From the NCBI GenBank assembly GCA_045643325.1, contig JAZUKQ010000112.1:1-37147 (forward strand): a stretch of 37,147 bases of DNA, in the 5' to 3' direction. Shown here piece after piece: positions 7,402 through 16,246 of the stretch. The DNA is from Kiritimatiellia bacterium. Its GTDB lineage: Bacteria > Verrucomicrobiota > Kiritimatiellia > RFP12 > JAZUKQ01. The translations under genes were made by a program, and so were the position numbers. The number at the start of each line of letters is the position of its first letter. Positions within the stretch are counted from its first letter, which is position 1. The notes under the pieces were generated by a model that was not told where the DNA came from, did no database searches, and was given only the letters and a program-made list of their open reading frames with translations.

Positions 7402-7440
7402 AAGGCGGAACGGGACATCCCCGCGCCCGCCGCCGCTCCC

Positions 7441-8907
7441 CTACTCCGCCGCCCAGACCTCGACGCGGTTGAACGCGGGGACGGCGTTGTAGCGGACGGC
7501 GGAGACGGTGAGCGCCTCCTCGTCCGGGAGAAGCGGGAAGAGTCGCCAGTTGCCCCAGGCGTTGCCCAGCTTCACCCACTTCTCGTACTTGGCCCCGTTA
7601 AAGGGAATCTCCTTCCCGTCCGGAGTGACGAACCGGAGGCCGAGCTGGAAGCCTTCGGGCAGTTCGCCCATCTGGCGCAGGCGCACGCCGGCAAGTTTCA
7701 CGGGCTTCTCGAACACGATCTCCTGAGGCTCGCCCGGCGCCGTCTTCGTCTCGACCTTGAGCGCCGCGCTGTAGGCGAGGGAGAGGTTGCCCGCGGGATG
7801 CGGGTTGACGCGCGTCCCGACGACCGGCGTGGTGAGGTAGACGGCGCCCTCGGCGTCGCGGTAGACGAGGCCGCCTTCCGGCGCCTTGAGCTCCGCCTTC
7901 GGGTCGATGCCGCGGAGCTTGACGGTGAGCGGCGCGGCGTAGACCGTGTCGGGCAGCGAGACGGTCACGGAGTCGCTGGAGGCGGCGACGGTCGCGGCCT
8001 CGGCGGCCATGCGGTACTCCGCGACGCGGTCGCTCGGGGCGAGCCAGACGTTGTCGGCGCCCTCGGACCCCCACGTTTTGCGGATGTACTCGAGGCGCTT
8101 GGCGGCGGCCTCGTGGTTGCCCTTGCCCTCCTCGCTGATGCCGTGGGTGAAGTCGATGAGCCAGTCGCCCTCGCGGATCTCCTTGGGGAGGCGCCACAGG
8201 GGGTCGAGCCCGCCCTGCGACTGCCAGTGGCCGGAGTCGAGCATGAGGCGGCCGCAGTCGAGCCAGTTCACCTTCCGGGTCGCGCCGGCACCGCCGTCTC
8301 CGAGGACGTTGTGCGGGCTGTCCGCGTAGCGTGTCCCGAGAAGGAAGCCGTATTCGCGGAGGAAGGGGATGTAGCCGGGGTCGCCGTTGGGGAAGACCAT
8401 GCCGGTACAGGCGCGTTTCCCGTCCCAGAGGTAGCGGGAGATGAAGAACTGGCCCCAGAAGAACTCGCGGCGGTACATGCCCTCGTCGTTGGCGAGCGCC
8501 TTGTCCCAATGAATGCCGGTGGACCAGTAGCCGTGGTTGGCGACGCTCCAGCCGTCGGCAAGGACGGTCTTGAGCTGCTCCAAGGAAATGTTGGTGCCGT
8601 TGCCGTTGTCGAGCGCGCAGGCGATGATGGCGAGGGTGCCGGGAAGGCGGCGGAGCGTACCGCCGGGGACGCCCGGAGGCGCGTCGGTCGCGGTGCAGGC
8701 GTCGAAGAGGGGCTTGGCGATCGTGAAGGCGCCGGCGGGGTTGTCGTCCATCTCGAACGAGTAGGCCCACGTCTTGCCGTAGAGGAACGTGCATACCTCG
8801 GCCTTCGGCGCCTCGGGGGCCGGAGGGAACGACCAGGTGAAATCGGCGGCGACGGCGGCGCCGCCCAGGGCCAGCGCGATGCCGGCGGTGAGGGGAAGCG
8901 TGTTCAT
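7441..8907 (-). CDS. Secreted hypothetical protein; N-terminal half weakly polysaccharide-deacetylase-like (function uncertain)
   Basis: Signal peptide 'MNTLPLTAGIALALGGAAVAADF'. Weak NodB-like 'SFEMDDNP' and 'ANHGYWSTGIHW'. The C-terminal ~130 aa look like a beta-sandwich. High GC3. Confidence 0.6.
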   Translation of the reverse strand: MNTLPLTAGIALALGGAAVAADFTWSFPPAPEAPKAEVCTFLYGKTWAYSFEMDDNPAGAFTIAKPLFDACTATDAPPGVPGGTLRRLPGTLAIIACALDNGNGTNISLEQLKTVLADGWSVANHGYWSTGIHWDKALANDEGMYRREFFWGQFFISRYLWDGKRACTGMVFPNGDPGYIPFLREYGFLLGTRYADSPHNVLGDGGAGATRKVNWLDCGRLMLDSGHWQSQGGLDPLWRLPKEIREGDWLIDFTHGISEEGKGNHEAAAKRLEYIRKTWGSEGADNVWLAPSDRVAEYRMAAEAATVAASSDSVTVSLPDTVYAAPLTVKLRGIDPKAELKAPEGGLVYRDAEGAVYLTTPVVGTRVNPHPAGNLSLAYSAALKVETKTAPGEPQEIVFEKPVKLAGVRLRQMGELPEGFQLGLRFVTPDGKEIPFNGAKYEKWVKLGNAWGNWRLFPLLPDEEALTVSAVRYNAVPAFNRVEVWAAE

Positions 8908-9020
8908 ATCAGGCTGTTTTGTTAGGGTTCGCGACTAGAATAGCGCGAAAACGGCATTTCGGCAACCCGTGGCGGACAGGAACGCGGTCATTCATTTCCC
9001 GCGCCCCCGGTTGAAACCAG

Positions 9021-9235
9021 ATATTCCCCATTTTCACCAGGAGCGAAGCGCGACACCCCCAGTCGCCTGCGGCGACAGCCCCCTCAAGGGGGCCGGGCTC
9101 CGCCCGAAAGCGGACGCGACGTGCCTTGGCGGCGCACGGTGTACTCCCCCAGCCGCAAAGCGGCAGCCCCCTCGAGGGGGCCGGGCTTCGCCCGAAAGCG
9201 GACGCGCGGAGGGGGCCGGGCTCGCCCGATGCCAG
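9021..9235. repeat. Mosaic GC-rich palindromic repeat, locus B (conserved end + P + P' + partial P)
   Basis: ATATTCCCCATTTTCACCAGGAGCGAAGCGCGACACCCCCAGTCGCCTGCGGCGACAGCCCCCTCAAGGGGGCCGGGCTCCGCCCGAAAGCGGACGCG, followed by GCACGGTGTACTCCCCCAGCCGCAAAGCGGCAGCCCCCTCGAGGGGGCCGGGCTTCGCCCGAAAGCGGACGCG. Near-identical to units in loci A, C and D. Confidence 0.9.
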
Positions 9236-9287
9236 CGCCGCCGCGCCGGTTTCCCGCCCGCGCGCCCTTCTTGCTTTCAGGGAGGCG

Positions 9288-10004
9288 CTAGAACCGGTCG
9301 GCGATTTCCTGCAGGTACGCGGCGGTGCCGGCATCGAGGTGATAGCAGGTGCCGTCGGGAGAGGAGTCGCCCCATTTCACCATCGGAAGCTCGTGGGGGA
9401 GTCCTACGGCGGAGTTGCCCGAGAACAGGCGGTAGAGCATGCAGGCGTTGAGGTAGGAGCCCCGGTCGTTGGGGTGCTTGCGGTCGTCCGTGTGCAGGAC
9501 GAGCCCCTCGCGCCCCTTGAGCGCGGCGTCCCAAGCCTCGCCGCAGCGGAGCACTTCGGCGCCGAGCGCCCTGGCGAGGCGGTCGTACTCGCGGACGAGA
9601 ATGTGCAGCATCTCGGGGAAATGCCGGCGCGCCCAGGTCTGCTCCAGCACAAGACGCGGCACGCCGGCGGCGAGAATGCGGTCGCCGAGAACCTTGCCGT
9701 AGGCGAAGAAATCGTCCGGCGTCTCGACGGTGTCCATGCTCTGCCCGTGGAGGACAACGGCGTCCCACGGTTCCTCCAGAAGCTTGTCGAGACCGCCGGC
9801 GCGCTCGGGCACGAGCTCGGGGCAGTAGCGGCCGCGGCCGGAGGAGAGGCCGAAGTTGTCGCAGAAGTGCGTACGCATGCCGGAGCCGCCGCGCAGGTAG
9901 CGTCCGACGGTCCAGGGCGCTCCGTCGCGGCGGGACAACTCGGAGACCGCTGCGGGAACATCGTTGAAGAATGTGTAGCTGTTGCCGATGAAAAGAATGC
10001 GCAT
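9288..10004 (-). CDS. SGNH/GDSL-type hydrolase (putative carbohydrate esterase)
   Basis: N-terminal block I 'ILFIGNSYT' and C-terminal block V 'DRKHPN' (D-x-x-H). 238 aa, no signal peptide. Confidence 0.75.
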   Translation of the reverse strand: MRILFIGNSYTFFNDVPAAVSELSRRDGAPWTVGRYLRGGSGMRTHFCDNFGLSSGRGRYCPELVPERAGGLDKLLEEPWDAVVLHGQSMDTVETPDDFFAYGKVLGDRILAAGVPRLVLEQTWARRHFPEMLHILVREYDRLARALGAEVLRCGEAWDAALKGREGLVLHTDDRKHPNDRGSYLNACMLYRLFSGNSAVGLPHELPMVKWGDSSPDGTCYHLDAGTAAYLQEIADRF

Positions 10005-10164
10005 GGGACGGAAAAGCGGGAGGTTGAGAGGGCGGGATGCGGGAACGCGGCGCTATTTTGCCCTTCGGACACGACGATTGCAAGCGGAATCAGAAAACAC
10101 GGCATTCCCGAAAGGTCCCGGCGCGCGCGAACACGGCGGTCAGGGAGCCGGCGCTTCGGCCGAG

Positions 10165-10204
10165 AAAAAACAAGGGCGCACGGCACGCATCGCGCGCCGT
10201 GCGC
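10165..10204 (-). terminator. Rho-independent terminator after the giant surface-protein gene
   Basis: Minus strand reads GCGCACGGC-(11-nt loop)-GCCGTGCGC, a perfect 9-bp stem (10176-10184 / 10196-10204). It is followed by CCTTGTTTTTTCTC and lies 36 nt after the TAG stop at 10241. Confidence 0.6.
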
Positions 10205-10240
10205 AGCGGAATCCGTTCCGAGGAACGACGGGGATTCCGG

Positions 10241-13200
10241 CTATTTGAGCATGAACAGCGATTCGGGGCGGTAGCCGTCCCAGAACGGGAGCAGTTCGGG
10301 GCCGATCCGGCCAAGCTGCCAAGAGGAGTATCCGGCATCGGGATACGCGGCGATCCAGAGCTTGTCGTCCGCGGTGAGTCCGCTCGTCGCATCCACCTTT
10401 TCAAGATTGGCGTCGATGTACCCGTTCAACGCCTTGCGGGTCGAGCGGGATTTGTAGCCTTCGTCCTCCGCCGTATAGATGCTCTCCATGACGACCACGC
10501 TCTCGGTGGTGGTCGTGTAGAAGTTCGTCGTCATGAAGAAGCAGTTCATACAGCCGTACTTGCGGCCGTCGGACGTACCGACCTTCGTGCGGAGACGCGA
10601 GAACGCCTCGCCCGTGAAGCCGGCGTCGCCCGAGGCGGTCGCCTGCGCGCCGTAGTTGGCGCAGTTGTAGAACATGATCTTGGTGTCGCCATGGCCGGTG
10701 TTCATATCGGCACCGCCGCAGAACCCGCCGGCGTCGGAACTGCCATAGATGTCGCCGTAGTTGGCGCAGTTGTAGGCGAAGACCGGGTTCTGGTTGTAGA
10801 CGCTCTCGAAGTACCCGAAGAGACCGCCGCTGCAGCCGTTGGCCGCCGCAAGCGGGGTTTCGGGTTCGGCGCACACGGTCGCGGACCCGACGTTGCCGCG
10901 GTTCACGCAGCGGTTGAACACCGTGGCGCAGCCACGGTAGAAGCTTCCTGCGAGGCCACCCATACGGAAGCCGGCTGTGCCCGGCGCCGGGATGTCGCCG
11001 TTGTTCGCGCAGTCCGTCATGTACAGGACGCCGCCCTTGCCGGAATTGTTGGCGCTGCGCTGGCCGAGGATGCCGCCGATGTACATGCCGGACGTGCCGG
11101 TGCCCACCGTGGCGGTGATGTCGGCGTTGTTCACGCAACGGAGGATGTACATGTTGAAGGCGTATGTCGAATTGAACACGTCGCACGTGCCGACGATGCC
11201 GCCGATCTTCGCCGCCGCGTTGCTGTAGGTGATGATCGCCGCGTTGTTCGTGCAGTCGGCGATGGGGGCCAGCGTCTCGCCCTTCAGCACGGCGCCTTCG
11301 CCGTCCATCGGGGTGAAGAGTTCCGAGCGGTAGATGCGACCGACGATGCCGCCGGCGCCGTTGCTCTTCTTCTGGCGCAGCGTAGCGCTTTCCGCCGTCG
11401 TGCAGCCGACGATCGAGCCTCCGTTGGAGACCTGGCTCGCGACAAGGCCGATGTAGGAGGAGTCGCCCGAGGAGACCTGGATGTTCTGGATGGTCACATT
11501 GGCGACCGTGCCGCCGCAGACGTCCATCGCCACCATGCCGTAGTTCTTGCTGTTGCCCAGCGTGATAGCGTTCAGGCCGCCGTCCACGGTGAAGTTGGAG
11601 GCCGTGCCATAGAGTTCGTTGAACATCGGCACGGTGCCGCTGTAGTAGATCGTATGGCCGGCGCCGTCGAGATTCGCGTAGAAATCGACGCTCGTCCAAT
11701 CCGACCCCAGCGTGATGTCCTGAGACAGGACAAACGTCACGCCCGGAAGCTCCTCCGCGTTGATCTTCTGCTGGAAGTCCGCCGCATCCGCGATGGTCTG
11801 GATCGCGCTGACGAACACGGGATACACGTCGAGATCCTGCGTGATGTTCGAGAAATCCGCGCTCCAGCCCGAAAAGACGAATCCGCTGAGCGTGGGGGGC
11901 GTCGGGGCCTCGGCGGCGAAGCCGTGGGTGACGGTCTGGCTTGAGATGACCTCTCCGCCGATGCTGTCGGAGTAGAACCTCACGGCGTACTGGAGCAGGC
12001 CCTGCTGGTACTGCGCCGTCACCGTCGTGTCCGCCTGGACGTTCACGACTTCGCTCTGGGACCATCCGACGAACGTGTAGCCGTCGCGCTCGGGATTCTC
12101 AGGCGCGAAGGCCTGTCCGCCTTCGCCGACGAGCACCGACTTGAGGACCGATCCGTCCCAGTCGACGAACTGCACCGTGTAGGTCACCGGGGCCGCTTCG
12201 TCCGGCATGATCTTGAGGATCGGGTAGCTGTGCCCCTGCTTCCAGAGGTCGCAGTTGTCGTTGAACGCATTCAGCATGGAGAGATCGGACCCGTCGACCA
12301 GGCCTTCGGAAACCGCGAACACGGAGTTCGACGCCGTGCTGGAATCCGTGACCAGCGCGCCTTCGGCGTAGTTGCCGATGAGCGTCTCGGTGGGATACGC
12401 GCCGCCCTCGATGTGGACGAGCGGATAGCTGACGCCCGAAGACAGATAGCCGATGGCGTCGGCAGGAACCTGGCCGAGGCAGCGCGGGGTCACAGCGCCC
12501 GTGTTGATGCAGGAATGGATGTAGGTCTTTGTCCCGGCGTAGCTTGAATTGTGCGACAGCGTGCCGACCAGGCCGCCGGCGTAGTAGCCCGTGATATCGC
12601 CCGTGTTCGCGCACCCCGTGAGGGAGACCGTGACCTTGATCGGGGCCTGGAGCATGCCGACCATGCCGCCGACGCCGACGCGCTCGTCGCCCGTCGAGGC
12701 GATGTTGCCGGTGTTGATGCAGTCCGACATCGTCAACTGGCCGTTGGAATGGGCGCCGATCAGACCGCCGGTGTACACGGCCGTCGTCGCGCCGCTTCCC
12801 CAGGAGAAGTCGCCGAAGTTCGCGCACTTCTCGACGGTGACCACGCCCATGTGGCCGGAGTCTTTTGCGCTGGTCTGGTTCGCGATGCCGCCGAAGCCGC
12901 AGTTCGTGCCGGAAAGGGCCGCCGAGGAGAGGTTCGTGCAGCCGATGAAGCGGATGTACGCCAACTCCGAACCCGAAGCCCCGCTGGCGACCGCCGACCC
13001 CACGATGCCGCCATAGTACATGCCGTAGGAATTCCCCCTTGAAACGACGGCCTCCATCACGCAGTGGTTGAAGGTGATCGTCGCACCGGCTCCGCTCGCG
13101 GTGGCCGCGCCGACGAAACCTCCGTGCAACGCGACACCGATCTGGTACTCGCACGTGTCGTCGATCCGGCAGTCCTGGACCAGTCCCGACCCCGTCACGG

Positions 13201-13645
13201 TCATTGAACCGATCGCGAAACCGACGTTGCCGGCATTCTTCGTGTTCTTGAGCGTGCACCCCGTATAGGTGACGTTGCTCACCACCACCGAGGACGCGTT
13301 CACGCTATCGACGAGGATTCCGGCGGGGACGGCGGCATACGTGACGTTCGCGCCGTCGACGACGAGGTTCTGGATGGCGATGTCGCTTGTCACATTGCCG
13401 AAAAGCGACGTCGTGAGACCGGTAAGCTTGTGTCCCTGGCCGTCGAGGGTTCCGGCGAAGTTCGCGGCCGTGGCCCAGGCGGACATGTCGATGTCGGCAT
13501 CGAGGGCGACGACATCGCCCGCGCCGGCGCTGGCGACGGCGGTGGTGAGATCGCCGACGGTATTGACAGTATAGGTGGCGGCCCGCGCCCCGATGGCGAA
13601 AAGACATCCGGCGAGAACCATGGAGTGGTGTGTGTGTATCGTCAT
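10241..13645 (-). CDS. Giant secreted surface protein with ~10 GLUG-type repeats and two InlB-B (Listeria-Bacteroides) repeats
   Basis: Signal peptide 'MTIHTHHSMVLAGCLFAIGARAA'. Repeated 'GG(L/I/M)(V/I)G....(12-20)..C.N.G(D/N)I' units, e.g. 'YTGGLIGAHSNGQLTMSDCINTGNI' and 'YIGGILGQRS..LYMTDCANNGDI'. Two 'Y.V.F......V......V..G.....P..P...GY.F.GW' repeats ('DGYTFVGWSQ', 'SGFVFSGWSA'). Start moved from 13708 to ATG 13645 (AAGGGA RBS; predicted promoter at 13698-13727). Confidence 0.85.
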   Translation of the reverse strand: MTIHTHHSMVLAGCLFAIGARAATYTVNTVGDLTTAVASAGAGDVVALDADIDMSAWATAANFAGTLDGQGHKLTGLTTSLFGNVTSDIAIQNLVVDGANVTYAAVPAGILVDSVNASSVVVSNVTYTGCTLKNTKNAGNVGFAIGSMTVTGSGLVQDCRIDDTCEYQIGVALHGGFVGAATASGAGATITFNHCVMEAVVSRGNSYGMYYGGIVGSAVASGASGSELAYIRFIGCTNLSSAALSGTNCGFGGIANQTSAKDSGHMGVVTVEKCANFGDFSWGSGATTAVYTGGLIGAHSNGQLTMSDCINTGNIASTGDERVGVGGMVGMLQAPIKVTVSLTGCANTGDITGYYAGGLVGTLSHNSSYAGTKTYIHSCINTGAVTPRCLGQVPADAIGYLSSGVSYPLVHIEGGAYPTETLIGNYAEGALVTDSSTASNSVFAVSEGLVDGSDLSMLNAFNDNCDLWKQGHSYPILKIMPDEAAPVTYTVQFVDWDGSVLKSVLVGEGGQAFAPENPERDGYTFVGWSQSEVVNVQADTTVTAQYQQGLLQYAVRFYSDSIGGEVISSQTVTHGFAAEAPTPPTLSGFVFSGWSADFSNITQDLDVYPVFVSAIQTIADAADFQQKINAEELPGVTFVLSQDITLGSDWTSVDFYANLDGAGHTIYYSGTVPMFNELYGTASNFTVDGGLNAITLGNSKNYGMVAMDVCGGTVANVTIQNIQVSSGDSSYIGLVASQVSNGGSIVGCTTAESATLRQKKSNGAGGIVGRIYRSELFTPMDGEGAVLKGETLAPIADCTNNAAIITYSNAAAKIGGIVGTCDVFNSTYAFNMYILRCVNNADITATVGTGTSGMYIGGILGQRSANNSGKGGVLYMTDCANNGDIPAPGTAGFRMGGLAGSFYRGCATVFNRCVNRGNVGSATVCAEPETPLAAANGCSGGLFGYFESVYNQNPVFAYNCANYGDIYGSSDAGGFCGGADMNTGHGDTKIMFYNCANYGAQATASGDAGFTGEAFSRLRTKVGTSDGRKYGCMNCFFMTTNFYTTTTESVVVMESIYTAEDEGYKSRSTRKALNGYIDANLEKVDATSGLTADDKLWIAAYPDAGYSSWQLGRIGPELLPFWDGYRPESLFMLK

Positions 13646-13697
13646 GGAATGAATTCCCTTCGGTAACTGCATACAGTTGTGTCGAATTCTGTGTACG

Positions 13698-13727
13698 AGC
13701 ATACACAAACGAGAAGAAATATGTCAA
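13698..13727 (-). promoter_or_regulatory. Candidate sigma70-type promoter of the giant surface-protein gene
   Basis: Minus strand reads TTGACA (13727-13722), 18-nt spacer, TATGCT (13703-13698), in an A/T-enriched patch ~50 nt upstream of ATG 13645. Confidence 0.45.
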
Positions 13728-14009
13728 GTCTTTTTCTGCGACAGGTCCGCGCGCCCCCCAAAAAAAGAGCGAATTGCCGGTCCGTCGCCCGTTCTATCGC
13801 TTGTCGCCCGTCGGTTGCCGCTTCGCGCGCTCCGCGACTTCTTTTCCCCCTCCGAAGGGGTGGAAGACCGCCGGAAGGGGCGTCGCCGGAGGAAGGGAAC
13901 CTCTACCCTTCGCGACCATGGAGAGAGGCCCGGTTTCAGACCGCGTGTAGACGAACGGGACGATGCAGCCATGGAGCGAGGAAATCACGCCGCGCACGGC
14001 GCCGATGCG

Positions 14010-14147
14010 CTCTCCGAAGAGGGCCGCGATCCCGCGAATCGTCTTCTCATGGTTGGCCTTGCGCAGACGCACGTCCAGACGGTCCCGCAGGGCCAGACGA
14101 CGGCGCTCCAACGCCGCGACGATGTCCGCAATCCGCGAAATCGCCAT
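14010..14147 (-). pseudogene. Possible hsdS (type I R-M specificity subunit) C-terminal conserved-helix remnant
   Basis: The translation 'MAISRIADIVAALERRRLALRDRLDVRLRKANHEKTIRGIAALFGE' resembles the conserved HsdS helix (..I...L......I......L........L.QSIL..AF.GEL). It has no N-terminal target-recognition domain and lies directly downstream of the hsdM fragment, in a different frame. Confidence 0.3.
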
Positions 14148-14185
14148 GTCGCCGACGGTATAGGGAGGCCGGCAGGAGGTTCCGT

Positions 14186-14359
14186 TCATAGAAACGGCCC
14201 GTATTCTACAGCATGTCGCAGGAGTTGCTGGTCGTCGAGCCGTTTCATGAACATGAGGTAGGCGATCTGCTCGAGGACTGTGACCGGGGAGGTGATGCCG
14301 CCGGTCCAGAGGTCGGATCAGATCTTGTCGACCTTGCTTCGGATTTCGCCTGTGACCAT
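14186..14359 (-). pseudogene. hsdM: Type I restriction-modification methyltransferase (HsdM) N-terminal fragment with an in-frame stop
   Basis: Minus-strand translation is '[43 protein letters not shown]'. It matches the N-terminus typical of one HsdM family (M.TGE.KS.ID.IW..FWSGGIS.P..VIEQITYLLF..RLDD). TGA at 14318-14320 replaces the conserved Trp codon. Similarity ends after ~45 codons, so no methyltransferase domain follows. Confidence 0.6.
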
Positions 14360-14481
14360 GGGAGGGACGCGGAAGGAGTGGAAAGACATGCCGGCCGCAG
14401 ACGCGCCGAGGAAACGTCCGTATTGCAAACGGGAGGAACCGCGGGCAACCGGACTTGGTTTTCATTTTGAGGCATTTGCTA

Positions 14482-14510
14482 TTGCCTAACAAAACAGTTT
14501 CCTCTACACT
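14482..14510 (+). promoter_or_regulatory. Candidate promoter of the PATR surface-protein gene
   Basis: TTGCCT (14482-14487), 17-nt spacer, TACACT (14505-14510), ~48 nt upstream of ATG 14558, in an A/T-enriched stretch. Confidence 0.35.
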
Positions 14511-14557
14511 TTTCCGCATGAAGACCTTTGGGGTCGCCTGCATTTAGGAAATCAACC

Positions 14558-16081
14558 ATGAAACGAATCATCCTCGCCGCCGCTCTCCTCCCGGTCGCCG
14601 TCCTCGCCAAGGACTCCCGCTGGACATCCACCTCCGATTCCTCTTGGGAAAACGACGGGAACTGGACCAATGGCGCTCCCGGAAGCGATTCCGACGATAC
14701 GAATCTCGACGGCGCCTATTTCCGCGAGAACGTGCAGACATCGGTCCTGCTCGCCTCCGACCGCTATCTCGGAAAGATCCAGTTCCAGAGCAACGGAGGC
14801 AACGCCGGATCGTTCACCATCGGCGAGACCAACGGTCCCGCCATCCATCTGTGCAACACGGCGAATACCTACGACGTGACCTGCAACGCAGGAAACACCC
14901 CCGGCATCGTCAACACCATCGCCGCCCCCCTGCAAATCTACAGCATCTACCAGTTTCTCAGCCAGTCGACAGACCCCTCCTCCATCCTGGTGCTGAACGG
15001 AATCTCCTGCGGGCGTCCGGACGTTTCCGTCGGGGTGCAGCTCAAAGGCGGAAACCGCGGTGAAAACATGGTTCTCGGCCCCGTTGAAAACGGCCTGGGG
15101 ACCGTGGAGGTGATCAAGCTCAACGATGGCTGCTGGATCCTGCGTGGCGACAACACCTACACGGGCAACACAACCATCTACGGCGGTACCCTCATCGCGG
15201 GCGACGATGTCCCCGCCACCGGAGCCGGTCCTTTCGGCAACGCCTCCGTCAACAAGGTCCGTTTGGGCCAGCCCAATCCGAACAGCGCCTCGACCGCCAC
15301 ACCGGTTTTTCTCCTTGCCGGAACCCGCCCGGACGGCGAGCCCGTCACCTTCGCCCGCAACTACGAAGTGCAGGCGAACAACAAGGAGGCGACCTGGCCG
15401 CAGCCCATCATTCTCGGCGGCGCCAACACCGCCGGAACAACCCGCTTCACGGGCGACATCAGCAACTACCGCCCGCTCAACCTCGCCTGCGCCACAGGCG
15501 GCCGTTGCTCGTTCGAGGGCTCCTGGGCCTCCGTCCGCTCCAACCGCGGCACCATCTGCATCGGATGGGACGGCATGGATGGAACGGTTTCTCTTGTGAG
15601 CAACCTCTCCGCGCAGTCCGGTCTCATCGTCTCCAACGGCACGCTGGAGGTCAACGGTTCCGTCACGACGCCCTTTGACGTCCCTGTCAGCGCCGGCGCG
15701 ACCGTTCGCGGCGCCGGCACGCTCAACACGAACCTCGTCGCCGAGGCAGGCGCCATCCTTTCCGGCGGCACCAACGGCGTCGGCACGCTCACCATCAACG
15801 GCAACGCCACCCTCGCCTCCGGCGCCATTCTCTCGCTTCCGGCGACGGACACGGACGCGCCTTTCCTCTCCGTGACCGGCGAACTTTCCCTGGACGGAGC
15901 CATGCTCCAGACCGAGCGCTTCGCCGCCGATCCGGTCCGTCGCATCGCCGCGGTCCATGCCGAGGGCGGCATTGTCGGCACGCCGGACCTCTCCGCCCTG
16001 CCCAAGGTGTGCGCCGTCGACATCACCGAGACCGACATCGTCCTCTCCTTCAAACAACCGACGATTCTGCTGATTCTGTAG
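14558..16081 (+). CDS. Autotransporter-associated beta-strand repeat (PATR) surface protein
   Basis: Signal peptide 'MKRIILAAALLPVAVLA'. 'W.....W..G.P' opening and PATR-like units ('LRGDNTYTGNTTIYGGTLIAGDD', 'GTLEVNGSV', 'GVGTLTINGNATLASGAIL'). Start moved to ATG 14558 (AGGAAA RBS); the annotated 14528 start is TTG. Confidence 0.8.
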   Translation: MKRIILAAALLPVAVLAKDSRWTSTSDSSWENDGNWTNGAPGSDSDDTNLDGAYFRENVQTSVLLASDRYLGKIQFQSNGGNAGSFTIGETNGPAIHLCNTANTYDVTCNAGNTPGIVNTIAAPLQIYSIYQFLSQSTDPSSILVLNGISCGRPDVSVGVQLKGGNRGENMVLGPVENGLGTVEVIKLNDGCWILRGDNTYTGNTTIYGGTLIAGDDVPATGAGPFGNASVNKVRLGQPNPNSASTATPVFLLAGTRPDGEPVTFARNYEVQANNKEATWPQPIILGGANTAGTTRFTGDISNYRPLNLACATGGRCSFEGSWASVRSNRGTICIGWDGMDGTVSLVSNLSAQSGLIVSNGTLEVNGSVTTPFDVPVSAGATVRGAGTLNTNLVAEAGAILSGGTNGVGTLTINGNATLASGAILSLPATDTDAPFLSVTGELSLDGAMLQTERFAADPVRRIAAVHAEGGIVGTPDLSALPKVCAVDITETDIVLSFKQPTILLIL

Positions 16082-16246
16082 AAACCGTGCGAAAAGGGGG
16101 GACGTTTTCTCGCCGAGCAAGAGCCCCCCGCTCGTTTTCGGCGTCTACGGGTTCAAGGAAGGTCGTGACCGACAGACGGTCTACCATGCCCAAAGGACAA
16201 CTGCGACGCGGGACTATCGGCGCGGCGGGGCAATGAATCCAACACC

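Noticed and set aside
10037-13727. Alternative-frame and antisense ORFs over the giant surface-protein gene (10037-11944 plus, 10401-12065 minus, 12099-13259 minus and others)
   Set aside because: Only the 10241-13645 minus frame gives a signal peptide and regular GLUG and B-repeat units. The others are compositional artefacts.
13794-14543. 249-aa minus ORF initially suspected to be an IS200/RAYT-type transposase associated with the REP-like repeats
   Set aside because: No Y1-transposase HUH or Tyr motifs are present. Frame-by-frame reading shows that the recognisable pieces are an HsdM N-terminus (in another frame, with an internal stop) and a possible HsdS helix. The long ORF is therefore a chance read-through of decayed sequence.
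16082-16150. Possible intrinsic terminator after the PATR gene (GGGGGG...CCCCCC, or CGAGC-n11-GCTCG followed by TTTT)
   Set aside because: The stems are short (5-6 bp) with large loops, the T-run is only 4 nt, and alternative pairings are ambiguous. This is too weak to annotate.
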